Shown piece after piece: positions 19,506 through 29,464 of a stretch of 64,000 nt of DNA (positions within the stretch are counted from its first letter, which is position 1; every line of letters begins with the position of its first letter). Below the pieces are notes generated by a model, which saw nothing but the letters and a program-made list of their open reading frames with translations, was not told the origin of the DNA and did not search any database. The position numbers and the translations under genes were made by a program. Source of the DNA: Parcubacteria bacterium C7867-001 (GTDB lineage: Bacteria; Patescibacteriota; Minisyncoccia; Phycocordibacterales; Phycocordibacteraceae); the NCBI GenBank assembly GCA_001189095.1, contig LFCK01000001.1:20133-84132 (forward strand), given 5' to 3'.

Positions 19506-20198
19506 CTACTTCTTGGTTGTCGTAGCAGTCGAAGTTGCGGACTTAAAGAGTGCTTTCGGGAAGAGTTTCTGGAAGTCGTCGAGGTGCGTGAAGCCGTAGG
19601 AGACTTTGTCCTGAATCACAAAGGCGGGGAATTGAGGCTTTATTTTCTCCACGGCAATGAGCGTCTTCAGTGCCGAAAGGTCGAGGTCGTAATCGAAGGA
19701 GTAGACGCGCAACGTCGGATACGTTTGGCGCAGGTAGGAGAGCGCGTAGCCTGCTTTGTCGCAGGTCGTGCAGGCTTGCGGATCATTCGAATAGAAATAG
19801 AGCGCGGTCACTGGTTTGAGGCCGCACGAAGAGGAGAGTTTCTTCGTCAAAAGATAATCACGAATCTGAAGCAAGGTGTACTGCTTCTTGAGTTGAAGTA
19901 CTTGCGGGTCGCGGTTTCCGGCGCGACCTTCTGCAATACCGAGGCGGTCACCGAGATCGCTCACTTCGCGCGAGAACTCAGTTCCCGAAGCAATGTCTTC
20001 GCACGGCGCTGACTCAAGGAGTGCGAACTGCGTTTCAAGCGAGAGGGTGTCGGTTGCAAGTTGGTTCTGAATAGCGGAGAGTTCCGCAAGGCGCTGCTGG
20101 TCGAGGTAGTTGATGGCGTACACGATGCTGCCGATGATGGCGAGTGTTATAAGGAGCGCGAGGAGCGCGTTGCGGGCGGGAAGTGAAAGCGGCTTCAT
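19506..20198 (-). CDS. Membrane-anchored protein with a coiled-coil and a CxxC motif (possible thioredoxin-like fold)
   Basis: There is an N-terminal TM helix (ALLALLITLAIIGSIVYAI). ACTTCDKAGY carries a CxxC motif. No firm family assignment is possible. Confidence 0.5.
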   Translation of the reverse strand: MKPLSLPARNALLALLITLAIIGSIVYAINYLDQQRLAELSAIQNQLATDTLSLETQFALLESAPCEDIASGTEFSREVSDLGDRLGIAEGRAGNRDPQVLQLKKQYTLLQIRDYLLTKKLSSSCGLKPVTALYFYSNDPQACTTCDKAGYALSYLRQTYPTLRVYSFDYDLDLSALKTLIAVEKIKPQFPAFVIQDKVSYGFTHLDDFQKLFPKALFKSATSTATTTKK

Positions 20199-20225
20199 AC
20201 GTACGACAATACTACGCGAATGCTA

Positions 20226-21482
20226 CTAGCGCCACGCGCGTTCAACACCCGTCGCAACGTCATAAATGGAGCGGATGAGCCAGAACGGAGCGATGAGTCC
20301 GTATACGAACACATAGCCGATGATGCCGATCACAAGACCAGAGTCGGTATTCGATACTCTACGACCGACCATCATGAAGAATATTGAAATGGTCGTGACT
20401 ACGAATCCGATGACGGTCACGAACGAAAGGGCTGCATAGAACCACTCGATGGAGAATCGCGGCATGAGGCTGTAGGAAAGCGGAACTCCAGCGGAGAGCG
20501 AGAAGACGTGGACGATTTCGCGGATGATCATGAAGAAGGCGATACCGAACAGGGAGACGCCGCCCAAGACGGCAACGAAGCCGAGTGGGAGCACCATGAG
20601 GCCAAGCACGCCGTATTTAGGGTTGCCCACGAGCCCGCGGTAGTCAGTAAGCACGTTTCGAAGGAAGCCGGTGGTCCAGCGCGTGCGCTGCTTGATGAGT
20701 TTCGGAACGGTTTTCGGAACTTTCGTGTAGACGCGTGCGCGAACGGCGTTATCTATTTCATAGCCAGCTTTCTGGATGCGCAGCGCCATTTCCATGTCTT
20801 CTGCTTGATACGCATGACGGAACCCGCCGATCTCGTTAAGCACCGACTTGCGATAGAAGGAGAAGGGGCCCGGAGTCACGTAAATCCCGTTCACGGCCGA
20901 GAGTGTATGGCGGAGTGCGATACCGAAGATATATTCCGCATTCTGCATGCGTTCAAGAAGCGATTTTGGTTCGAAGACCGACATTGCAGGGGTAACCGAG
21001 GCGACACGCGGATCCTCGAATGAAGCGATTATTTCGCGTAGTGCATCGGTCGCTACAAACGAGTCGGCATCAAGGCAGCCGATAAATTCAGCATCGCCGG
21101 CAGATTCGATGCCGATATTAATCGCGGAATGTTTTCCGCCGTTCGCTTTGTGAATCACGGTGATCTGCGGGTTCCCGACGTACGCGTCCATGACCGCTTT
21201 GGTGTTGTCGGTCGAGCCGTCGTTTACGAGAACTATCTTGAGCTTGTCTTTTGGATAGTCGAGGGCGAGCAGGGAGCGCACCGTGCCGTCAATCGTCGTT
21301 TCTTCGTTCCAGCAGGGCACGATAATGGCGACGTTTGGGGTCTCAGTCGAGACTGCGCGATAGCGACGCCGTCGCGCTGGATCTGAGAGAAAGGTAAGGA
21401 GCATGAAGACCTCGAAATAGAGGCCTAAGAAAATGAAAGGATACGCGAAATAGGTCGCGGAGAAGTCCATACCCGAAGACAC
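20226..21482 (-). CDS. Family 2 glycosyltransferase, membrane-integrated (synthase-like)
   Basis: VAIIVPCWNEETTIDGTVRSLLALDYPKDKLKIVLVNDGSTDNT is the GT2 DxD region. TM helices flank the catalytic domain. Confidence 0.8.
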   Translation of the reverse strand: MSSGMDFSATYFAYPFIFLGLYFEVFMLLTFLSDPARRRRYRAVSTETPNVAIIVPCWNEETTIDGTVRSLLALDYPKDKLKIVLVNDGSTDNTKAVMDAYVGNPQITVIHKANGGKHSAINIGIESAGDAEFIGCLDADSFVATDALREIIASFEDPRVASVTPAMSVFEPKSLLERMQNAEYIFGIALRHTLSAVNGIYVTPGPFSFYRKSVLNEIGGFRHAYQAEDMEMALRIQKAGYEIDNAVRARVYTKVPKTVPKLIKQRTRWTTGFLRNVLTDYRGLVGNPKYGVLGLMVLPLGFVAVLGGVSLFGIAFFMIIREIVHVFSLSAGVPLSYSLMPRFSIEWFYAALSFVTVIGFVVTTISIFFMMVGRRVSNTDSGLVIGIIGYVFVYGLIAPFWLIRSIYDVATGVERAWR

Positions 21483-21519
21483 TCAAAGTATAGCAAACTC
21501 GCCCCTTCTTCTCTATGTG

Positions 21520-22674
21520 CTAGCGGATGGTCGCGTTGTATTCGTTCGTGGTGGTTTCCTCCAGCTTTTTGTGGAGCGCATCAATTTCTTCGTTCGTAAG
21601 CGTGCGATCGAGGGAACGGTAGGTGATGCGGTAGGCGTAGCTCATCTTGTCTGCGCCGAATTTCTCATCGTTTTCGTATTTATCGAGAAGCGAAACATCT
21701 TCCACAAGATCCCCCGCCACTTCGCGCGCGAGATCGAAGAAGTTATTCGGGACGAAATCCTTTCCGACAATGAAGGAGATATCGCGGACGATAGGAGGGA
21801 ACTTGCTCACTTCCTTGAACTCCGTTCCGAGAACAAGCTGCTTCTTCACACGTTCGTCGTCCGACCAAAGAAGGCGGATGTCCGGAAGAGACATGGAGGT
21901 AATAGCGAGTCGTTCGAGACCGAATCCGAACGCCCAGCCGTGATAGCCGGTGACGCCCATCTTCTCGAGCACGGATTTCTTTGGCATGCCGCTGCCAAGA
22001 ATCTCAAGCCACTTTCCCTTTGCTGGGCCTTCGGCCGCCGTGCCCTCGACGTCGAGTTCAACTTCAAACGACGGATCGGTGTAGGGGAACGTGTCGGTGT
22101 TAATCCGAAATTTCTGCTCCGGGCCGAATACAGCATGCACAATATCCCCGAGCACTTTCTTGAGGTCGTCGGGTTCGACAGGCATTGAATCAGGTGCGAT
22201 GTACCAACCTCCGAACTGATGGAAGACGTTCATGTGACGGCTATCGATTTCGTCCTTGCGGTAGACCTTGCCGAAGCAGAGTGCGCCCATCGCTTCGCCC
22301 TTTGCAATTCGTTCTTTGATGGCAGGATCGTTGAGGTAGTAGTACCAGAATACGGTGTCGTGGGTACGCAGAATGTTCTTTTCGTCAGCGTAGTATGTGT
22401 CCGAGGTAGAACGAGCGGGGTGGTCGGCAGGGAAGTCGAAGAGATCGAAGGAAATGTTGGCCGGAACGATTTCTGGGATTTCAATAATATCGAATCCAGA
22501 CAAGGCCGGCACCTTCTTCACGCGCTCGACGATTTCGTGGAGCGGGCTTCCTTGTGTGCGGGAAAGGTCGGGCATCGAAAGGTAGCGCTTCATGCGGAGC
22601 GCCTCGAAATCCGAGCGGGACTCAAGCTCTCCCCGCAATCGCGTTTCGTCGCTTCGATCGATTTTTATATCCAT
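21520..22674 (-). CDS. pheS: Phenylalanine--tRNA ligase, single-chain form (PheS-like catalytic domain fused to a C-terminal FDX-ACB anticodon-binding domain)
   Basis: FPYTDPSFEVEL matches the class II PheS motif. The C-terminus has RDISFIV...LLDKYEN...KMSYAYRITYRSLDRTLTNEEI, which resembles the PheT C-terminal FDX-ACB domain. No pheT is adjacent. Confidence 0.75.
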   Translation of the reverse strand: MDIKIDRSDETRLRGELESRSDFEALRMKRYLSMPDLSRTQGSPLHEIVERVKKVPALSGFDIIEIPEIVPANISFDLFDFPADHPARSTSDTYYADEKNILRTHDTVFWYYYLNDPAIKERIAKGEAMGALCFGKVYRKDEIDSRHMNVFHQFGGWYIAPDSMPVEPDDLKKVLGDIVHAVFGPEQKFRINTDTFPYTDPSFEVELDVEGTAAEGPAKGKWLEILGSGMPKKSVLEKMGVTGYHGWAFGFGLERLAITSMSLPDIRLLWSDDERVKKQLVLGTEFKEVSKFPPIVRDISFIVGKDFVPNNFFDLAREVAGDLVEDVSLLDKYENDEKFGADKMSYAYRITYRSLDRTLTNEEIDALHKKLEETTTNEYNATIR

Positions 22675-22699
22675 ATCTAGGGAGTTTACGACTCACGTA

Positions 22700-22735
22700 T
22701 ATAAAAACAAGCCGCTCGGGGTTACCGAGCGGCTG
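22700..22735 (-). terminator. Intrinsic terminator (minus strand) after the small membrane gene
   Basis: The reverse complement is gccgctcggtaaccccgagcggc followed by ttgttttt. It shares its 5' context tataaaaacaagccgctcg with the terminator at 23044-23080. Confidence 0.6.
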
Positions 22736-22740
22736 ATGGT

Positions 22741-23007
22741 TTAGATAGGAATATGTAGGTGCCGGAAGAGCCAAGGTTTGAAAACGTTCCAGATGAACCA
22801 GAACATCGCGAGGCAGAGGGCTCCGATTCCGACGAGGCCAAGACCGATGAGTGCGGTCAGCCATCCTTTGGATCCGAAGCCGTTATAGATGAATCCTTCA
22901 ACGATGGCTAGCACGCCCATGAGGGCCGTGATAACGCCGGTGAAGTATCCGAGATACATGCATATTCTGGTCGGATCGTCCCACAGTTCCTTAAGAATCT
23001 TTTTCAT
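22741..23007 (-). CDS. Small membrane protein (88 aa, 2-3 TM helices), hypothetical
   Basis: The sequence has hydrophobic segments. An intrinsic terminator lies directly downstream on the minus strand. Confidence 0.5.
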   Translation of the reverse strand: MKKILKELWDDPTRICMYLGYFTGVITALMGVLAIVEGFIYNGFGSKGWLTALIGLGLVGIGALCLAMFWFIWNVFKPWLFRHLHIPI

Positions 23008-23043
23008 GCAGAACTCCTTTCTGAACGAACCTTACTTCTGTCA

Positions 23044-23080
23044 TTTATAAAAAACAAGCCGCTCGCGTGAGCGAGCGGCC
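23044..23080 (-). terminator. Intrinsic terminator (minus strand; also plausible on the plus strand)
   Basis: gccgctcgc-gtga-gcgagcggc is flanked by an A-run and a T-run. Confidence 0.6.
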
Positions 23081-23104
23081 GTTTTGGGGCAGGGCAGTAA
23101 ATCT

Positions 23105-23290
23105 CTACGCGCGGCGCTTTTGGCGCACACGCGGCGCTTGCCGGTCGGCGAAGCGCAGATCGGTGACGCGAACGTCGCCGAGCGGACCGGTTTTCCGGTC
23201 GAGGTCATCGATGAAGCGATTCACGTCCACAACCTCCCCGCGAGGGGAGAAGGACGCGTCACTGCCAATGTCATAGAAAGAACGGGACAT
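23105..23290 (-). CDS. Small hypothetical protein (61 aa, Arg-rich C-terminus)
   Basis: The ORF is followed on the minus strand by a strong terminator at 23044-23080. Confidence 0.4.
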   Translation of the reverse strand: MSRSFYDIGSDASFSPRGEVVDVNRFIDDLDRKTGPLGDVRVTDLRFADRQAPRVRQKRRA

Positions 23291-23447
23291 ATTGATCTCC
23301 GTGACACGGCTCGGCCCTCCGAACCGTGATACATGTAATATACAGTTTACGCATACTTTGTCAAGTTATTTGAAATCTTGGTGGGGTTGGGTAGAAACAG
23401 AAGTCGCCCGCGCATGGGAATGCGCGGGCGACGCTCGTCGAGCGAGC

Positions 23448-23672
23448 TTAGAGAAGGCTGGGAACGTGCCGAGACGTCAGCGGTTCGATGCCGAATTGCG
23501 CGGCTTCGAGCGGACGGGTCTGGGTTTCGAAAACTCCGTTGGGCAGAATGCGATGCCCGTAGGTTTCGAACCAGACCCAGTGCGGCTTGCCGTCTCGGCG
23601 GGTTCCAACCTTGGTGGGGAAAAACGCATAGCGCGGTTCCCACTCGTACAGGTCTTTTTCGGCTTGCGCCAT
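23448..23672 (-). CDS. Small hypothetical protein (74 aa)
   Basis: The ORF is followed on the minus strand by the hairpin gtcgcccgcgca...tgcgcgggcgac. Confidence 0.45.
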   Translation of the reverse strand: MAQAEKDLYEWEPRYAFFPTKVGTRRDGKPHWVWFETYGHRILPNGVFETQTRPLEAAQFGIEPLTSRHVPSLL

Positions 23673-23790
23673 AGTCAGTCCCTTTCTCTGTTTCTAAGAT
23701 TAATTATACACCATACAGGCATATATGTCAATATTTCGGGGGCTTCGGGGATACCCGAAGAGGCAATCATTTATGATATAATTTCAGTAA

Positions 23791-25896
<2,106 letters not shown>

Positions 25897-25912
25897 ACAA
25901 GTAAAAAGAAAA

Positions 25913-25942
25913 CGCCCCCGCGAATGCGGGGCCGTTTTCTTG
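25913..25942 (+). terminator. Bidirectional terminator between gyrB and the CARDB-like gene
   Basis: aaaacgcccccgcgaatgcggggccgttttctt. Confidence 0.55.
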
Positions 25943-25949
25943 AGTGAGA

Positions 25950-26714
25950 TTAGAGAATCTCGATTGCGATAGAACCGCTGTTGTTGTTCTCGCTCGTCTC
26001 GACGATCTTCTTATCAGGATCGATAGAGATGTCGATGGTGCGCGTGCCAGTGCGGCCGCGATCGAAGCCGAGGGTGAAGTCGATGTGCTCACCCGGAAGA
26101 AGTGCCGCCTGCGTCGGGGACGAGAAGGTGTAGCTCGGGGAAGTCGGGAGCGTTGCGTCGAAATCCCAGCCACCAGTGGTGTTGGTACCGACGTTCGTCA
26201 CCGTGAAGCGAACCGCGCCGCGCTTACCGTCTGGAACGGTCTTTGAAGCGACGAAGGAGGTAGTGTCAGTCTGGTTTGCGAGGTAACCGACTGCAACGAT
26301 GTTTACTGAAAGGTCAGAGAGACCATAGAGCGTACCCTGTTGCGGAACGGCAGTACCGCCACCAACCACATACGTGCCGGTCGTGCGGGGGCCAGCAGAC
26401 GGGGTTACCGCTGCCGGAGTTCCACCAGTCGACGGGGTAGTCGGAGTTGTATCAGTCGACGTTGCGACAACCGAAGAACCCTCGTCATCCTTCGACGGAA
26501 CGACCGTAAGTTCGTTCGTCGACGCCGGAGAAAAGACCGATGAGAAATAAACGCTTGCCGTTGCAAGGCGAGTAACCGCCTGCGGGATATAGCGTGCCGA
26601 ATAAATCGCAAGCGTCATGCCTGCGAAAATTAGTGCCACGAAACCGACAACGGCAAGACCGTTGACCATCGCGCGGCGCGTTCCCTGTGAAGTATTCATC
26701 GTTTCCATACGCAT
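25950..26714 (-). CDS. Membrane-anchored Thr/Pro-rich protein with a CARDB-like C-terminal domain
   Basis: An N-terminal TM anchor is followed by a T/P-rich linker. The C-terminal region has FTVTNVGTNTTGGWDF...ENNNSGSIAIEI, which is CARDB-like. Confidence 0.55.
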   Translation of the reverse strand: MRMETMNTSQGTRRAMVNGLAVVGFVALIFAGMTLAIYSARYIPQAVTRLATASVYFSSVFSPASTNELTVVPSKDDEGSSVVATSTDTTPTTPSTGGTPAAVTPSAGPRTTGTYVVGGGTAVPQQGTLYGLSDLSVNIVAVGYLANQTDTTSFVASKTVPDGKRGAVRFTVTNVGTNTTGGWDFDATLPTSPSYTFSSPTQAALLPGEHIDFTLGFDRGRTGTRTIDISIDPDKKIVETSENNNSGSIAIEIL

Positions 26715-26863
26715 ATATATCTAGCACACCCTCGATTTGTTGTCAAGTGTCTGGATTCATGCTCGTATTCGCCGCTCGTTGTTGACAGAGCCCTACTCTT
26801 TCCGTTACGTTCGATAGTGGGCGGGGAAAAGCCTTCCCAATGGGGAACACATGGAGGCAATGA

Positions 26864-27271
26864 ATGACAGTACCAGTGAGTCTACGCAGCGAGGATCTTA
26901 CGGTTGCACTTGCGATCGCAGCGCTCCAAGCCTACGTACCTCATGAGGAAATTCGCCTCGGACGAGCGCAGGATGACATCCTGTTCTGGTCCGGTTTTTC
27001 AGAACGGTTCCTGAAGAAGATTGACCGCATCGAACACCTCGGCGTGCTTAAGCCGGACGGGGTTCTCGACGCGGACATCGAACGGGTCGTCTCGCTCTTG
27101 TGCGAAGGCGATCGGGAGTGGTCATCAGTGGTGACCATCTTCCATCGAACGAGTCATGCAAACCTGTTATGCGGTGCGCACCGGTTGGTGCGCACATTCG
27201 CGCTTTACGGGATTGTGCATGGCTGCCTCAAGGAAAAGCCTGAGGCCACGACGCTCCGCGCCGTCGCCTAA
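26864..27271 (+). CDS. Hypothetical protein (135 aa)
   Basis: A GGAGG RBS lies 8 nt upstream. A terminator lies downstream at 27286-27322. Confidence 0.45.
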   Translation: MTVPVSLRSEDLTVALAIAALQAYVPHEEIRLGRAQDDILFWSGFSERFLKKIDRIEHLGVLKPDGVLDADIERVVSLLCEGDREWSSVVTIFHRTSHANLLCGAHRLVRTFALYGIVHGCLKEKPEATTLRAVA

Positions 27272-27394
27272 GGGAAACCCAAAACCAAGCGCCACGCGAA
27301 AATCGCGTGGCGCTCTTGTTGTAGGCCGTATTCGGGCGTTTGACGTACCCCTTGACAAATGGCGGAATATAGTGTACTTATATGTAGGACCGAT

Positions 27395-28117
27395 ATGGCA
27401 TTGGTACACAAGGTGGCGGCAGCCGTTCGTGCCGCACAGGATACGTATGCAAGGAAGTGGACCTTCCTTGCGGCTTTTCTTGGTGTCTTCTTCGTCTCGT
27501 TCCTCATCCTGCAGGATCTCGGTTTCGTGCCGAATCCGCCGCAGATTGCGGAAGCGGGTACGAACGAACCGAAGGTAACGCTTGAAGCGTCGCCGCTTGT
27601 TGCGGCTCCGTCTTCAATGGCTCACCTCTCGGCGGATGTGTCGGATGCAGGGCTTTTCGGTCTTCATGCTGGCGAGCTTCCGGTCGCCATCGAGATTCCG
27701 ACCATCGGTCTTTCAGTGAAGGTGTCGAATCCGAATTCGACCGATGTCGGGAAGCTCGATGCGGCGCTTCTTACCGGAGCAGTCCGCTACCCGACGTCCG
27801 GCACGCTTGGCGTGAAGGGTAATGTCGTTATCTTCGCGCACTCGAGCTACCTTCCGGTCGTGAAGAATCCGGCGTTCAAGGCGTTCGATGATATTCAGAA
27901 GCTCGCACCGGGTGAGCGCATCACGGTATATTCAGGCACTCGTGCGTATACCTATGCAGTGACTCGTGTAGAAAAAGTGAAAGCCGACGATGCAGCTATT
28001 CCGCTTACGGTGAATGGCAGCAAGCTGACGCTCTCGACGTGTGACTCGTTTGGCACGAAGAGTGATCGCTTTGTCGTCACCGCAGATTTTGTTGAAAGCC
28101 ATACGCTCGCGAACTAA
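27395..28117 (+). CDS. Sortase-family transpeptidase
   Basis: There is an N-terminal TM anchor. The conserved His is in NVVIFAHSSY. The catalytic TLxTC motif is LTLSTCD. The ORF-track start at 27359 is a possible alternative. Confidence 0.75.
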   Translation: MALVHKVAAAVRAAQDTYARKWTFLAAFLGVFFVSFLILQDLGFVPNPPQIAEAGTNEPKVTLEASPLVAAPSSMAHLSADVSDAGLFGLHAGELPVAIEIPTIGLSVKVSNPNSTDVGKLDAALLTGAVRYPTSGTLGVKGNVVIFAHSSYLPVVKNPAFKAFDDIQKLAPGERITVYSGTRAYTYAVTRVEKVKADDAAIPLTVNGSKLTLSTCDSFGTKSDRFVVTADFVESHTLAN

Positions 28118-28208
28118 TCGCGCGCGGATGGCTTCCTGCAAAGGAGGCGCGGATTCCTAGTTCATTCACAACGTCGCGCATCACGCGCGACAAGAGGAGG
28201 GCATCCTA

Positions 28209-29351
28209 ATGCCAGAACGTCGTGAGACTCGCGACGGGATCGGGTTCTTCGGGTGGGCGGGTTTACTCGCACTCCTGTTGATTATTTTCGGAGGCGCGTT
28301 CCTGTATTGGGACACGCACCGGAACCCCAGCCTGTCGAATGATTCCGGCGCCGCGCCTTTTGCGGCTACGGAGGATACGAGTACTGAACCGGTGGAGGCG
28401 CGTGCGCCACCACCGGAAGAACCGGCTGCGGAAACCAAACCGCAGACCGACTCGCCGAAGCCGCGTAACACCGGCTTCTACTACGGTCTGAAGGATCCGA
28501 GCGAGCTCGCAAAGCTCGTCGAGGACAATCTTCGGAAGGATCCGACGGGGAAGACGATGATCAACCCCGAGAAATGCGCCAAGGACGGCTCATGCGCCAG
28601 TCCTCATGACTATCTCGTTATGTTCCAAGAGAACGACCCGGAAGCTGAGCTCACGTCAGTGGCCCAGCTCCCTGCGTTCCTGCGGAGCCTTGTCGCTCGG
28701 GACCCCGGTCCCGGCGAGTATCAGATGGCGTGCATCAGGATGCCGGCTCACACGCCGGACCTGCACTGCATGAAGCGTAAATTCCTGCCGGGCGAAAAGG
28801 TCTATGTCGACCCCAAGTCGAATAGGGCCATCTTTGCTTGGCACTGCACGAACCCCATCGATAAACCGGTGGAGCCACGGCAGTGCATGGAAATCATGGT
28901 GACCATCAAAGGCGAGCGTTCGATGAAGTTCGCGCACCTCGGCCCCGCCAAGGTGCAGGACTCGTGCCTTGCTTTGCGCAAGGTCGGAGTGGGAGTAATT
29001 CCGCTTCGCGAGTACGTCGGTGAGTGCGACTTCGACGCGGTTGCCGAGTTCTTCGGCGAACGCGTGCGCGAGGAGTACTGCGTTCCGGTAACACCCGGTA
29101 CGTACATTCTCACGGTCGCGGCGAAGCCTTACGGCGAGCCAAAGACCCGTCACTGGTGGGTGTTCTGTTGGTCGGATGAGGACGACGTGTCGTCGAACAC
29201 GATGCGCGTCCGAGACTTCGATTACATCGGCAACGATGTGCGTCGCGCGACGATTTACAACTCGCGCGATGAAATGGAAGACAAGACCTATCCCAAGAGC
29301 GTTTCGCACTTGTGGATTCCGTGGAGCGAAGAGCCCGGCACGGACCGCTAA
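28209..29351 (+). CDS. Membrane-anchored Cys-rich hypothetical protein (380 aa)
   Basis: A GAGGAGG RBS is present. There is an N-terminal TM anchor (FFGWAGLLALLLIIFGGAFLYW), a Pro/Glu-rich linker, and more than 10 Cys in the C-terminal domain. A terminator lies at 29358-29400. Confidence 0.55.
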   Translation: MPERRETRDGIGFFGWAGLLALLLIIFGGAFLYWDTHRNPSLSNDSGAAPFAATEDTSTEPVEARAPPPEEPAAETKPQTDSPKPRNTGFYYGLKDPSELAKLVEDNLRKDPTGKTMINPEKCAKDGSCASPHDYLVMFQENDPEAELTSVAQLPAFLRSLVARDPGPGEYQMACIRMPAHTPDLHCMKRKFLPGEKVYVDPKSNRAIFAWHCTNPIDKPVEPRQCMEIMVTIKGERSMKFAHLGPAKVQDSCLALRKVGVGVIPLREYVGECDFDAVAEFFGERVREEYCVPVTPGTYILTVAAKPYGEPKTRHWWVFCWSDEDDVSSNTMRVRDFDYIGNDVRRATIYNSRDEMEDKTYPKSVSHLWIPWSEEPGTDR

Positions 29352-29357
29352 GGGAAT

Positions 29358-29400
29358 GGACGGCACGCTTCGCGTGCCGTCCTGAACCTCCTCTTTTTTG
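29358..29400 (+). terminator. Intrinsic terminator after the Cys-rich protein gene
   Basis: ggacggcacgc-ttcg-cgtgccgtcc is followed by a T6 run about 10 nt downstream. Confidence 0.5.
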
Positions 29401-29464
29401 TACGCCCGCAAGGGCAGGGGCTTATTTATTACCTGTTTATCAATTGAACGAAACAACAACACGT

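Noticed and set aside
28656-29462. A 268-aa ORF on the minus strand
   Set aside because: It is entirely antisense to the better-supported Cys-rich membrane protein gene, which has a RBS and a terminator. It is a high-GC shadow ORF with no motif.
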